Shown here piece after piece: positions 36,598 to 48,030 of a DNA stretch of 64,000 nt. Below the pieces are notes generated by a model that saw nothing but the letters and a program-made list of their open reading frames with translations, was not told the DNA's origin and searched no databases. How positions within the stretch are numbered: position 1 is the stretch's first letter; every line of letters begins with the position of its first letter. The DNA is from Macrostomum lignano (lineage: Eukaryota). The stretch lies in the NCBI GenBank assembly GCA_002269645.1, contig NIVC01000621.1, positions 444,752-508,751 on the forward strand, given 5' to 3'. Both the position numbers and the translations under genes were made by a program.

Positions 36598-36735
36598 TGA
36601 CTTCGATTGTGTTGGCGCCGTCTGTGACTTTGATTGTGTTGGCGCCGTGTCTGACTTTGATTGTGTTGGCGCCGTGTCTGACTTTGATTGTGTTGGCGCC
36701 GTGTCTGACTTTGATTTTAGCGCCACAACAGACAT
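36598..36735. repeat. Short second copy (4-5 units) of the 27-bp array found at 32645
   Basis: Same unit and same terminal ttagcgccacaacagac. Confidence 0.9.
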
Positions 36736-37959
36736 AAAGGGCCGACCTTCCAGGCCCAGAAGCAGCCCGAATTTTGTCGTTAATATGCCAAGTGGCGGTT
36801 CAGCAACCCCGATTTGGTTAACGAACTTTGACACACTCCCGTTTCTATCCATTAGCACCTCGAGACAGGCTATCGGCTATCAGTCTGGCTTGAATTCCCA
36901 TCTGGGAGTCTTGTAACACAGCAGTATATAACAGTAGGGTCAGGAACAGCCAGTGCTTTTATGACTTTATAGAATTCGGTTCCGCGTTCGAGCTTGAAAA
37001 CTTGAGGAGAAGAGATAGCGACACCTCACGCAAACATGCGGTATTTTTGAGTCTAGATGATGCAACAAATTTCCCAACCAGCCTCTCCGATGCATAATTA
37101 ATTAGGCAGATGAAGCTGCAAGCGACAACTAGCTCGTATATTATTAACTTGTATCAGAGTAAAAGAGACACAATATGCACTGCAAGTGAAGCTTGATGCA
37201 ACCTTGGCTGTGACTTCAGATAACCTCATTGGCTTTCGCTAAGGCAAAGGTCACCCAGGGTCTGGCAAGTTGCATCTCTTCTCTCCCTTCTCCTCTCCTC
37301 TCCCTTCTCCTCTCTTCTCTTCTCTCCCCTCTCTCTCCCCTCTCCTCTCCTTTATCTACTCCTCTCTCCTCTCTTCTCCCCATCTTATCTCTCATCGCTG
37401 TACTGTCCTATCTTTCCTTCTATCGTGTCTTCTCTCACCTCTCCCCTCTATTCTAAGATGCGTTCACAGCAATCGACAGAATCGGAGCTAGCACTGAAAA
37501 ATCAGAGAACAAATACACTCTTATATCGGTCCGTTAAATCTGAAGTGGTCAATAAAATACATCAGCTAGTTAGCAAACATCATCGGAATATATATATATA
37601 TAGGAAGAAACGGATGCTCAGCTGGTTCCTTTTTTGAGCTGAGCCGCGCTGTCCAGGGTGGGGTTGGGAGGGAGAGAGAGAGAAGTCTCAGCAGAGCCAA
37701 TGGACAGCAACTCCCATTCATGGGTTTGGAGCTATCGGCAGAGTTGTATAAAATTATCCCTTAGTTAACATCGTTTTCTACCTCTCAAAAGCGAAGTTGA
37801 ATTTCTAAAATTCTATATTCAACAATCGTAATATGGTTTTTAGCCATAGCTTTGCTCAGCCAATGGTGGAACTGAAGATTTCTGATGTCACTGTCTATGC
37901 TGGTGAGCCTCCCTTGCTTTGTGATTGATTGCTGTCAAGTACCGCACACTCAGGGGCAG

Positions 37960-38700
37960 ATGGAGAGAGAGTGAGATGATGAGAGTGAAATGAGGAGAGA
38001 GTGAGATGGAGAGAGAGTGAGATGGTGAGACTGAGATTGTGAGAAAGGGACATGAGGAGAGTGAGATGGCGAGAGTAAGATAGTGAGAGTGAGAAGGTGA
38101 AAGAATGAGATGGTGAGAGAGTGAGATGAGGAGAGAGTGAGATTGTAAGAGTGTGAGATGAGGTGAGAGTGAGATAATGAGAATAAGATGGTTAGAGTGA
38201 GATTGTGAGAGAGTTAGATGAGGAGAGAGTGAGTTGGGGAGAGAGTGAGATGGAGAGAGAGTGAGATAAGGAGAGAGTGAGATGATGAGAGTGAAATGAG
38301 GAGAGAGTGAGATGGAGAGAGAGTGAAATGATGAGAGTGAAATGAGGAGAGAGTGAGATGGAGAGAGAGTGAGATGATGAGAGTGAAATGAGGAGAGAGT
38401 GAGATGGAGAGAGAATGAGATGATGAGAGTGAAATGAGGAGAGAGTGATATGGAGAGAGAGTGAGATTGTGAGAGTCAGATGGTGAGAGTGAGATTGTGA
38501 GAAAGGGACATGAGGAGAGAGTGAGATGGTGAAAGAGTGAGATGGTGAGATAGTGAGATGAGGAGAGAGTGAGATTGTGAGAGAGTTAGATGAGGAGAGA
38601 GTGAGATGGTAAGAGAGTGAGTTGAGGAGAGAATGAGATAAGTAGAGAGTGAGGGAGAATGAGAGAGTGAGAAGGAGGGTGATGTAGGAGATGATAGAGG
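37960..38700. repeat. GA-rich degenerate repeat (gagagagtgagatgag)
   Basis: Low-complexity tandem structure. Confidence 0.85.
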
Positions 38701-39169
38701 AGTATGGACACAAATTTCCCTATGTGCCGGGAACACATACAAACAAGTAATTTAACAAAAACTGCTTTAGCAATTTTCTTCCGGAAGAGAAAAGCTTCTA
38801 TCATAGATAATTTGTACCAGAAAGCAGAAAAATTGGTTGGCCAGCAGATGTTGTCTTTTAGGGGCAGAAAATTGTCACAAAATTGCTGTTTTTCTGTGTT
38901 CGACAATCCTCCCGGCAATTTTCCTTGGAGTCTCAGGTGCTTAAAAAAATTTTTGCTAGCGGCAAGAAGATTTCGCAGCTTTTATGATTGATAAACAATC
39001 TAGTTTAGCGCGAAACGACGACAGTTTTTTTCGGCTAATTTGAAATGTAATTAATCTGATAAAACTCGCGAAATTTTATATTTCTACATTTCTACTCTAA
39101 GTAGTGCAGTTTCCCTTTTTTCCCTTTTTTCCCAATTTCCATTTTTTGTCGCCAATTTCCAACTTTTAT

Positions 39170-39430
39170 CGCCATTTGCCAACTTTGGCGCCATTTCAAA
39201 GATACCTTGGCGCCATTTGCCACCTTTGGCGCCATTTCAAAGATACCTTGGCGCCATTTGCCACCTTTGGCGCCATTTGCCACCTTTGGCGCCATTTCAA
39301 AGATACCTTGGCGCCATTTGCCACCTTTGGCACCATCTCTAATCCTTTTGGCGCCATTTGCCCCAGTTCGGATGCCACTTTTCGTATTTGGTGCCATTTC
39401 CAGTCTTTAGCGCCATCTCTGTGACGCCAT
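39170..39430. repeat. Composite 20-22-bp GGCGCC-core array (ggcgccatttgccaccttt / ggcgccatttcaaagatacctt)
   Basis: Alternating units. Confidence 0.85.
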
Positions 39431-39534
39431 TCCAGCCGGATTTGGTGGTGGCTGCACGACAATTTTATCGAAAATAAAGTTTGAAAAAGAAAAGCAAATC
39501 AATTTTTTGGATGTTTCCAAAAGTTTTCATTTTT

Positions 39535-39912
39535 ATTTTAGCGCCGCAGACACTCATTTTGGCGCCGCAGGCATTCATTTTGGCGCCGCAGGCACTCATT
39601 TTAGCGCCGCAGGCACTCATTTTGGCGCCGCAGGCACTCATTTTGGTGCCGCAGGCACTCATTTTGGCGCCACAGGCGGGCACTCATTTTGGCGCCACAG
39701 GCATTTATTTTGGAGCCGCAGGCACTCATTTTAGCGCCGCAGGCACTTATTTTGGCGCCGTAGGCGGGCACTCATTTTGGCGCCGAAAGCAGACACTCAT
39801 TTTGGCGCTGATGGCGGTATATTTTGGCGCCCAGAAACGAAAGTATTGATTTCAATAACGGGTCACCAGGTGACAAAGCATTGGCTTGTCCCCCGGCTCA
39901 TCCTCGCCCCTG
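39535..39912 (-). mobile_element. Non-autonomous element carrying a 21-bp array (cactcattttggcgccgcagg)
   Basis: The array and its unique flank (ttgatttcaataacgg...caaagcattggc..ccccc, ending cccctg) match 63776-64000 in inverted orientation. Confidence 0.6.
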
Positions 39913-40599
39913 TCCATGTCACAAACCCTTCATCAGGACCCAAGCAACTGTGTTTGAATGGGGAAGGAGGGAGGGATACTTCCCATGTAACACCCCTCTC
40001 ACCAGCCAACCAGAGTCGTGTGTACTCACACCTAAGTCAGTGCTCAACCCCTCCTTTAGCTTGCAGCCTCCCAACCCAAAATCAGCTCTTCTTTTCCAGT
40101 CAAAAAGTTCCACACAGTTGACACGCGGCCTGGGGGCGTCTGCGTCTTTTCTTGACTTTCGCAGCCTCAGTAAACAGGGGCGGCCGCTCTTTCCGGTTTT
40201 CCGTGTCAGATCGCTAAAAAAATTGATTTTTTGAATTTGTCAGTTTCTTTTTGAAAGCTTTTTTTAATGTCAAAAAAGTTTTTCTGCAAATTAATTTTTG
40301 GGAGCTGACGCGGAGGAAATCGAGGTCTTAAAGAGGCACCTCGCGTTGTGCTGGCACCGACCTTCATGCATTCGGCTGTTATCATTCTGCTTGCAATGCT
40401 GTCCGCTGCCAGCCTCAATGCCAGTGGCACCGCCAGAAATGCTCTGGCTCCATTCTCTGACAATCGATACCTGATTGAGGTTGAGGTGGACTACATTCTG
40501 GGTGAGACTGGCTGCTGTTTCCTTGTTTTGAATCAGCTCTTTCTCGCTCTTCATCATTTCTCTTCATCTAACCCTACTCGGACTCTTTTCACGGGAATC

Positions 40600-41070
40600 T
40601 CACTCCGACTCTCCTCATCTCACTCCGACTCTCCTCATCTCACTCTGACTCTCCCCATCTCACTCTAACTCTCCTTATCTCACTCTGACTCTCTTCATCT
40701 CACTCTGACTCTCCTCATCTCACTCTGACTCTCCTCATCTCACTCTGACTCTTCCCATCTCGCTCTGACACTTCCCATCTTACTCCGACTCCTCATCTCG
40801 CTCTGATTCTCCTCATCTCACTCTGACTCTTCCTCATCTCACCCCGATTCTCCTCATCTTACTCTGACTCTCTCCATCTCACCTCAATTTGAATCCCTCC
40901 ATCTCACCTCAATTTGAATCTCTCCATCTCACCTCAATTTAAATCTCTCCATCTCATCTCAATTTGAATCTCTCCATCTCATCTCAATTTGAATCTCTCC
41001 ATCTTATCTCACTCTGAATCCCTCCATCTCACCTCAATTTGAATCCCTCCATCTCATCTCACTCTGACTC
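40600..41070. repeat. Pyrimidine-rich ~20-bp arrays (ctcactctgactctcctcat; atctcaatttgaatctctcc)
   Basis: Two related unit types in tandem. Confidence 0.85.
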
Positions 41071-41387
41071 TCTCAGAGTTAAGCAGACTTGGCAGAGTTT
41101 AGTATGCAGTGGTGACCCCCACCCCCCACTATGCCTAAACATAAGCCTTTTAAACTGTAGTACACTAGAGTCTACACAGCACTAAGATAGGGCACGCAGT
41201 GGGGTTGGCTTATGTTAAGAGGACACTACTTCCAATATTAATCCCTTTTTGATTACAAAAAAAGTGGCAAAAAATATGAGAAAATCGATACTGTTTCGTG
41301 TCTTGGAGAGTATTTGAAATTCGACACTTTCTGAGAAGCGGATAAGAAGAGATGACCGAATCTTGTACTTTTTCGACAGTTGCTTAT

Positions 41388-41672
41388 GAGCTGTCTGAGT
41401 AATGTATGAGCTGTCTGAGTAATGTATGAGCTGTCTGAGTAATGTATGAGCTGTCTGAGTAATGTATGAGCTGTCTGAGTAATGTATGAGCTGTCTGAGT
41501 AATGTATGAGCTGTCTGAGTAATGTATGAGCTGTCTGGGTAATGTATGAGCTGTCTGGGTAATGTATGAGCTGTCTGGGTAATGTATGAGTTGTCTGAGT
41601 AATGTATGAGCTGTCTGGGTAATGTATGAGCTGTCTGAGTAATGTATGAGCTGTCTGAGTAATGTATGAGTT
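41388..41672. repeat. 20-bp minisatellite (atgagctgtctgagtaatgt)
   Basis: Exact 20-bp period. Confidence 0.95.
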
Positions 41673-41724
41673 GTCTCACTGCTTTGACTGTCTATGGGCA
41701 GTCTGGGTTTCCTGAGGAGTTTCT

Positions 41725-42780
41725 GGGGTGTCAGATTTATCTCAGAAGTGTCAGAGTTATTCGTGAAGTGTCAGAGTTATTTGTGATGTGTCAGAGTTAT
41801 CCCAGAAGTGTCAGAGTTATCTCAGAACTGTCAGAGTTATTCGTGAAGTGTCAGAGTTATCCCAGAAGTGTCAGAGTTATCTCAGAACTGTCAGAGTTAT
41901 CTCAGAAGTGTCAGAGTTATCCCAGAAGTGTCAGAGTTATCTCAGAAGTGTCAGAGTTATCTCAGAAGTGTCAGAGTTATCTTAGAGGTGTCAGACTTTT
42001 TCGTGAAGTGTCAGAGTTATCCCAGAAGTGTCAGAGTTATCCCAGAAGTGTCAGAGTTATCTCAGAACTGTCAGAGTTATTCGTGAAGTGTCAGAGTTAT
42101 CCCAGAAGTGTCAGAGTTATCTCAGAACTGTCAGAGTTATCCCAGAAGTGTCAGAGTTATCTCAGAAGTGTCAGAGTTATCTCAGAAGTGTCAGAGTTAT
42201 CTTAGAGGTGTCAGACTTATTCGTGAAGTGTCAGAGTTATTCGTGAAGTGTCAGGGTTATTCGTGAAGTGTCAGAGTTATCCCTGAAGTGTCAGAGTTAT
42301 CCCTGAAGTGTCAGAGTTATCTCAGAAGTGTCAGAGTTATCTCAGAAGTGTCAGAGTTATCTCAGAAGTGTCAGAGTTATCTCAGAACTGTCAGAGTTAT
42401 CTCAGAAGTGTCAGAGTTATCCCAGAAGTGTCAGAGTTATCTCAGAAGTGTCAGAGTTATCTCAGAACTGTTAGAGTTATCTCAGAAGTGTCAGAGTTAT
42501 CCCAGAAGTGTCAGAGTTATCTCAGAAGTGTCAGAGTTATCTTAGAGGTGTCAGACTTTTTCGTGAAGTGTCAGAGTTATTCGTGAAGTGTCAGAGTTAT
42601 TCGTGAAGTGTCAGAGTTATCCCTGAAGTGTCAGAGTTATCTCAGAAGTGTCAGAGTTATCCCTGAAGTGTCAGAGTTATTCGTGAAGTGTCAGAGTTAT
42701 CCCAGAAGTGTCAGAGCTATCTCAGAAGTGTCAGAGTTATCCCAGAAGTGTCAGGATTGTCCCTGAAGTGTCAGAGTTAT
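41725..42780. repeat. 20-bp minisatellite (tcagagttatctcagaagtg)
   Basis: About 52 copies with variant types (ctca/ccca/tcgt). Confidence 0.95.
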
Positions 42781-42840
42781 CCTTGAGGCATCTGACTTGT
42801 TTATAACACGCAAAATCTCTCCGCTACGCCAGACTCTTAG
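42753..42840 (+). repeat. 88-bp perfect direct repeat, left copy
   Basis: Identical to 45373-45460; the flanking bases differ on both sides. Confidence 0.97.
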
Positions 42841-43026
42841 CCGCCAGCAGTCTGATGGTAAGCAGTGCTTACCACGCTGACACTCCAATCCAAGCCTAAA
42901 CTTTCGCGAGTGAGGAAAGTCTCTATAAGTCTATGGCTGGCCACAGGCCGTTCCGGTCGGCTATGGTAAGCAGAGCTTGCCATAGAATTGAAGTTAGGAA
43001 AATCAGATTGAGCAGCTCTTCAAAAC

Positions 43027-43061
<35 letters not shown>

Positions 43062-45343
43062 TCAGCTATTAGGGGTCATGGACAAATATTTATTCAAAAA
43101 GGAACTAGCTTTACTTTTATCCTTCCAAATAAAAATTTGTCATTTGCCTTTTATACCGCAGTTGGTTGAAATCTGCTACAGATTATTCACGGTCTGGAAA
43201 CAACTCGACTGAAGAAAAAATCATACGAAAAATATTTTAACAAAGTAAAACAAAAGTAAGCAGATCGTACAGATCGTACATTTAGATGCAAAAGTACTCC
43301 AAAACGCAAAAAAGAACATTGTGATATGTGTTAGACAACTTTAAACATTAAATAAACATAATAACTCAGTAAACTTACAAACTACATTAAAATATACTGA
43401 CTTGCATTATATTTTGACTAAGTTCGAGTGAACAGTTGCCTTCAAATAGATTCATTAAGGCAGACTTAGTCCAAATCGCAGTCGAAGATCAGGCATGCCA
43501 CTGCTGAAAGCAGGCTTCCAAGCAGAGCCCCGGTTCCCCTGGACACTCAGGGCAGCAGTAGATCGTGCGCTTGCTGCTTCCAGCTCTGTAGCAGACACGA
43601 CAGCGCTTTGTTGGTCTTGGCTGACTGTCCCGCGCCACAATCTTCGTTGGAAAGTGCGGACTGACTGGGCCACCTGGAGCGGCCTGGATGCCAGCGGCCG
43701 GGCGCTTCCTGCTCGTTCCGGTACGCTCCACCAGCTCCCGAATGCTGGCCTCAAGAAACTTGGCGAACGTCTTCTCTCCACCGCACCGGCTGTACACAAT
43801 CCAAGCGTTGCGAATCATTTGAAGAAAAAGATGCAAGCCGAGCTTCAAAAACCACTTTGTAGTTTTCCTCCCTGGCAGATGAGGCTGTAGATGACTGTCC
43901 ATTCTGTCAACACCACCCATGCACCGATTGTAGGTGAGAATTGACCTGCTCTTCTGCACCACTGTTTCTGCTCCTCCACGAACCACGCGTCTGGTTTGAA
44001 CCCTCTCAGCCGCCTCTTTCGTGTCCAGCAAATACAGAGTCTTCAGGCCACTCTCCTTTCGTTCAACGATCTTGACAGCCAGCACCTCGTCTTTGCGCAT
44101 GAAGGCGACGTCGTTAGGTGGAACGTGCAGCTGTCTGAGCTCAATCGGCACACCTCGGTCGGCCCGGACGGTACAAGTCAGGTGCGTTCCTTGGGTCAGC
44201 AGGTACTCTGACAGCCGATAGGAACCGAACCATTTATCGACAAAGATGCGGTAGCCTTGGTGCAACAAGTTGTAGCAGAGCTCAACAACAATCTTCTCGC
44301 TGAAGGACAGATTGTCTCCCTGCAACTGTTCATCGAACCGGCGGTTCTCCTCTGGGGTCGAGTGAACGCGGAAGTTGTACAGGTAGCCTGATTTGGCCTC
44401 ACATGCACAATATAGCTTTATTCCGTACTTAGCCCGCTTCGTTGGAATATATTGCTTAAAGCGCAGGCGACCTTTGTACAGCACCAAAGACTCATCCACG
44501 CTCACATCCTCCTCGGGCCTGTACACATTAATACAAGCCTCTTTCAAAGCCTGCAGCAACGGACGGATCTTAAAGAGAGGATCGTTGACAATCGGATCCT
44601 CAGCGCAATCGTAGAAACGGAGCAGACCAAGTAGCTGCTTGAAGCGGTCCCTAGAGAGAGCTTGAGGTGCTTGAAAGTACGGCGTACTGTAGTAACTGTC
44701 TGTGCTCCAGTACTCGTTCATTTCGGCCTTTTTATTGGAACCCATGTAAAGGCACATTCCTAACACTTTCTTTACTTCATTCGCACTGCAATCTCTCCAT
44801 TGCGCAAAACTCCGAGGCAGGTCGTTGACATTGACAGAGTGGATCGCCGCCCAGGCTCTTCGATTAGTCCATTTTGCCAGGTCTTCGAAAAGGCTATTGG
44901 ACAAAAAAAGACCGAGAAAAAAGGACGTTGCCTGCTCAACATCACCAGGTACGCAAATTCCTGGATTCAGTCCAGGTGTCCCTAGAAACTCGTGCACATT
45001 CGCTTGCACGTCATGCCCAGCAACTACAGAATGCCAAGACAGCTCTTCCGTCTCTTCGGCAGTGCTCTGGCCGTCCGACTCACCATAATCGTCCTCTGAC
45101 ATGATGTCTTCTTCTTCATCGGACGTCATTAAGTCCGAATCGGAAAAACTTTCAAATTCTTCCATGAGTGCAGCCATAATCTTCAGCTGTAAAACTTTCT
45201 ATGTTAGTTTATGGAGACTTAGTTTTGGGCCTTATTCATAGTCAATGTCTTTTTATCAGACTGGAATGACCACAGACTTAGCAAACCATTCTGCTGAAAG
45301 GAATAGTCTATGGTAAGCGCTGCTTACCATCCGACCGGAACGG
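42841..45343 (-). mobile_element. piggyBac-family DNA transposon with intact transposase
   Basis: Inverted repeats ccgttccggtcgg(ct)atggtaagcag.gctt.ccatag at 42948-42985 and 45308-45343, plus a third TIR-like copy at 42841-42874. No TTAA at any end. Confidence 0.85.
43489..45177 (-). CDS. piggyBac (PGBD-like) transposase, 562 aa, intronless
   Basis: Acidic N-terminus. Catalytic triad motifs VDESLVLYKGRLRFKQYIPTKRAKYGIK, IFVDKWFGS and GGVDRMD. C-terminal Cys-rich domain CRVC...CCPECPGEPGLCLEACFQQWH. Confidence 0.96.
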   Translation of the reverse strand: MAALMEEFESFSDSDLMTSDEEEDIMSEDDYGESDGQSTAEETEELSWHSVVAGHDVQANVHEFLGTPGLNPGICVPGDVEQATSFFLGLFLSNSLFEDLAKWTNRRAWAAIHSVNVNDLPRSFAQWRDCSANEVKKVLGMCLYMGSNKKAEMNEYWSTDSYYSTPYFQAPQALSRDRFKQLLGLLRFYDCAEDPIVNDPLFKIRPLLQALKEACINVYRPEEDVSVDESLVLYKGRLRFKQYIPTKRAKYGIKLYCACEAKSGYLYNFRVHSTPEENRRFDEQLQGDNLSFSEKIVVELCYNLLHQGYRIFVDKWFGSYRLSEYLLTQGTHLTCTVRADRGVPIELRQLHVPPNDVAFMRKDEVLAVKIVERKESGLKTLYLLDTKEAAERVQTRRVVRGGAETVVQKSRSILTYNRCMGGVDRMDSHLQPHLPGRKTTKWFLKLGLHLFLQMIRNAWIVYSRCGGEKTFAKFLEASIRELVERTGTSRKRPAAGIQAAPGGPVSPHFPTKIVARDSQPRPTKRCRVCYRAGSSKRTIYCCPECPGEPGLCLEACFQQWHA

Positions 45344-45372
45344 AGATGAATAAAATCCTCTTCAGTTCGGAG

Positions 45373-45460
45373 AGGATTGTCCCTGAAGTGTCAGAGTTAT
45401 CCTTGAGGCATCTGACTTGTTTATAACACGCAAAATCTCTCCGCTACGCCAGACTCTTAG
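45373..45460 (+). repeat. 88-bp perfect direct repeat, right copy
   Basis: Identical to 42753-42840 (offset 2620 bp). Confidence 0.97.
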
Positions 45461-46099
45461 TCCCATGCAGCTTCATCTGTCCTCAAACTGCCAGCCAGCG
45501 GGAACAGATTGATTTTTGCAAAAATAAAGCTTTCGAGGACAAATGCTTGAAAATTAATATCGGCACCTGAGCTTCGCCAATATTCAATATATTAAAGCGG
45601 CACTGGCCATGGTGACGCATTGCCAATCCAGGTGAAGTGGAGAGGCAGCCAGAGGTTTAACATATTTCTGCTTATAGCTAGCGGGTCCTTGCGCGAAAAC
45701 ATGCGGCTGATGGAGACCTGAGCTGTACCACTCACCCAAAGACTAAAATCTGCTTTTGCGAAGCAATTTCTCGGGCAAATCAAGCGTGCTGACAGAGAGA
45801 CAGATGGGGAGAGAACCCCCCCCCCAGTCACCACCAGCCCCTACTTGTCTCGCACAGTGCACTCAAGACAGCATGTGTAATGGTAGGTCTCTCCTTAATT
45901 GATGCGACAGCGAAGTAACTGAGGTAGCTGCTTCTCATTATTTGAGCAGTGGCTTCATGTCTCATCTCAATATTGCGATGCTGTCTGCTGGGCTCTGTAC
46001 TTGCTTTTAGTTCACGGTTAGGTATACTGTTTTAGTCCATCGGTCTAGGAGACTGCGACGTATCTCGTGTCTCCCGATAGTTGTTTTCATAGTGTCTAA

Positions 46100-46515
46100 G
46101 CTCACATCCCTTCCCCTCCCCATCTCCCCCTCCCACTTACCCGCTTCATCTTGCCTCTCCCTCTTCCCCTCTCTCCTTCCCTCTCCAGTCTCCTCCTCCC
46201 TCTCCCTGTCTCCCTCTCCCTCTCCCCGTCTCCCTCTCCCTCTCCCGTCTCCCTCTCCCCGTCTCCCTCTCCCTCTCCCCGTCTCCCTCTCCCTCTCCCG
46301 TCTCCCTCTCCCTCTCCCCGTCTCCCTCTTCCTCTCCCCGTCTCCCTCTCCTTCTCCCGTCTCCCTCTCCCTCTCCCGTCTCCCTCTCCCTCTCCCCGTC
46401 TCCCTCTCCTTCTCCTCATCCTCCGGAGCTCTCCCCGTCTCCAACCTCCCTCTCTCGTCTCCCCTCCCTCTCCCGTCTACCCCTCCCTATCTCCGTCTCC
46501 CTCTCCCCTCCCGTC
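46100..46515. repeat. CT-rich polypyrimidine tract
   Basis: ctccctctccccgt-type units. Confidence 0.9.
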
Positions 46516-47039
46516 TAAAAATAGAGAAAAAGCTGAATTGATTTTGAATTTCAGCTAAATTCAAAGAACTTAAAATAGCTTGAACCTGAATAACTTGAAT
46601 CTTAGGCTCCAAAAAAAACTTTTACAATGGCTCACTCACTGAAACAGTTTCTAACTTGCAACCAGAATTTTATTCTGGTCGAAAGGCTGCCCTGGCCACT
46701 CACTGTCCGCAGACAACAACAGTCATAAATTGTGCATCTCCAACACAGGAGTCGGGCGCCCGCCCTGGCATGCTGATAAGCCTGAGCCTTAGCTTCAGCG
46801 AGAGTTGCCGGGATTAAATTGAGTCTATTTATGAGCACACTAGCTAGCTGGCTTAGATTTTCCATGATCCTACGAGCGTGTGTCATAGACTATGAGATTA
46901 GAGCTGCCGTCCCTGCGCTCGCGAGAAGTCAGGCAACCTGGCCAGTCTTGTTATTCAAATACATTTTAAGAGGAGAGGTTTCGTTATACATGTAGCTGAG
47001 AGAACCTTCTCAACTGCTGCTCCGTTAAAGTGCCAAAGT

Positions 47040-48030
47040 CTCCTTCACTCTCCCTCTCCTCTCTGCCTCCTTCACTCTCCTCTCCTCTCTGCCTCTCCTT
47101 CACTCTCCTCTCCTCTCTGCCTCTCCTTCACTCTCCCTCTCCTCTCTGCCTCTCCTTCACTCTCCTCTCCTCTCTGCCTCTCCTTCACTCTCCTCTCCTC
47201 TCTGCCTCTCCTTCACTCTCCTCTCCTCTCTGCCTCTCCTTCACTCTCCCTCTCCTCTCTGCCTCTCCTTCACTCTCCTCTCCTCTCTGCCTCTCCTTCA
47301 CTCTCCTCTCCTCTCTGCCTCTCCTTCACTCTCCTCTCCTCTCTGCCTCTCCTTCACTCTCCTCTCCTCTCTGCCTCTCCTTCACTCTCCTCTCCTCTCT
47401 GCCTCTCCTTCACTCTCCTCTCCTCTCTGCCTCTCCTTCACTCTCCCTCTCCTCTCTGCCTCTCCTTCACTCTCCCTCTCCTCTCTGCCTCTCCTTCACT
47501 CTCCTCTCCTCTCTGCCTCTCCTTCACTCTCCTCTCCTCTCTGCCTCTCCTTCACTCTCCTCTCCTCTCTGCCTCTCCTTCACTCTCCCTCTCCTCTCTG
47601 CCTCTCCTTCACTCTTCCTCTTTCTCCTCTTTCCATCTCATCTCTGTCTCTCCCTCTCACCCCCTCTCACCTCTCTCTCCTCTCTCCTCTCTCCTCTCCC
47701 TCTCCTCTCTCCTCTCTCTCTCCTCTCTCTCTCTCTCCCCTCTCCCCCTCTCCTCTCTCCTCTCTCTCCTCTCTCTCTCTCTCCCTTTCTCTCTAACCTC
47801 TCTCATCTCTACGTCTTCTCTCCCTCCTTTCTCTCTCCTCTCTCTCTCTCTCCCTTTCCTCTCTCTAACCTCTCTCATCTCTACGTCTTCTCTCCCTCCT
47901 TTCTCTCTCCTCTCTCTCTCCACTCCTCCTCTCCTCATCTCTCCCTCTCCCTCTCCCTCTACTTTTCCCTCTGCTTCTGCCTCTTTCACTCTCCCTCTCC
48001 CTCGCCCTCTCTCCCCTCTTCCCCTGGTTC
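47040..48030. repeat. 28-29-bp CT-rich minisatellite (ctctcctctcctctctgcctctccttca) grading into low complexity
   Basis: Tandem copies to about 47610, then degenerate. Confidence 0.9.

Noticed and set aside
42753-45460. LTR retrotransposon (direct repeats around an ORF)
   Set aside because: The repeats lack TG...CA ends, PBS and PPT, and the ORF is a piggyBac DDD transposase.
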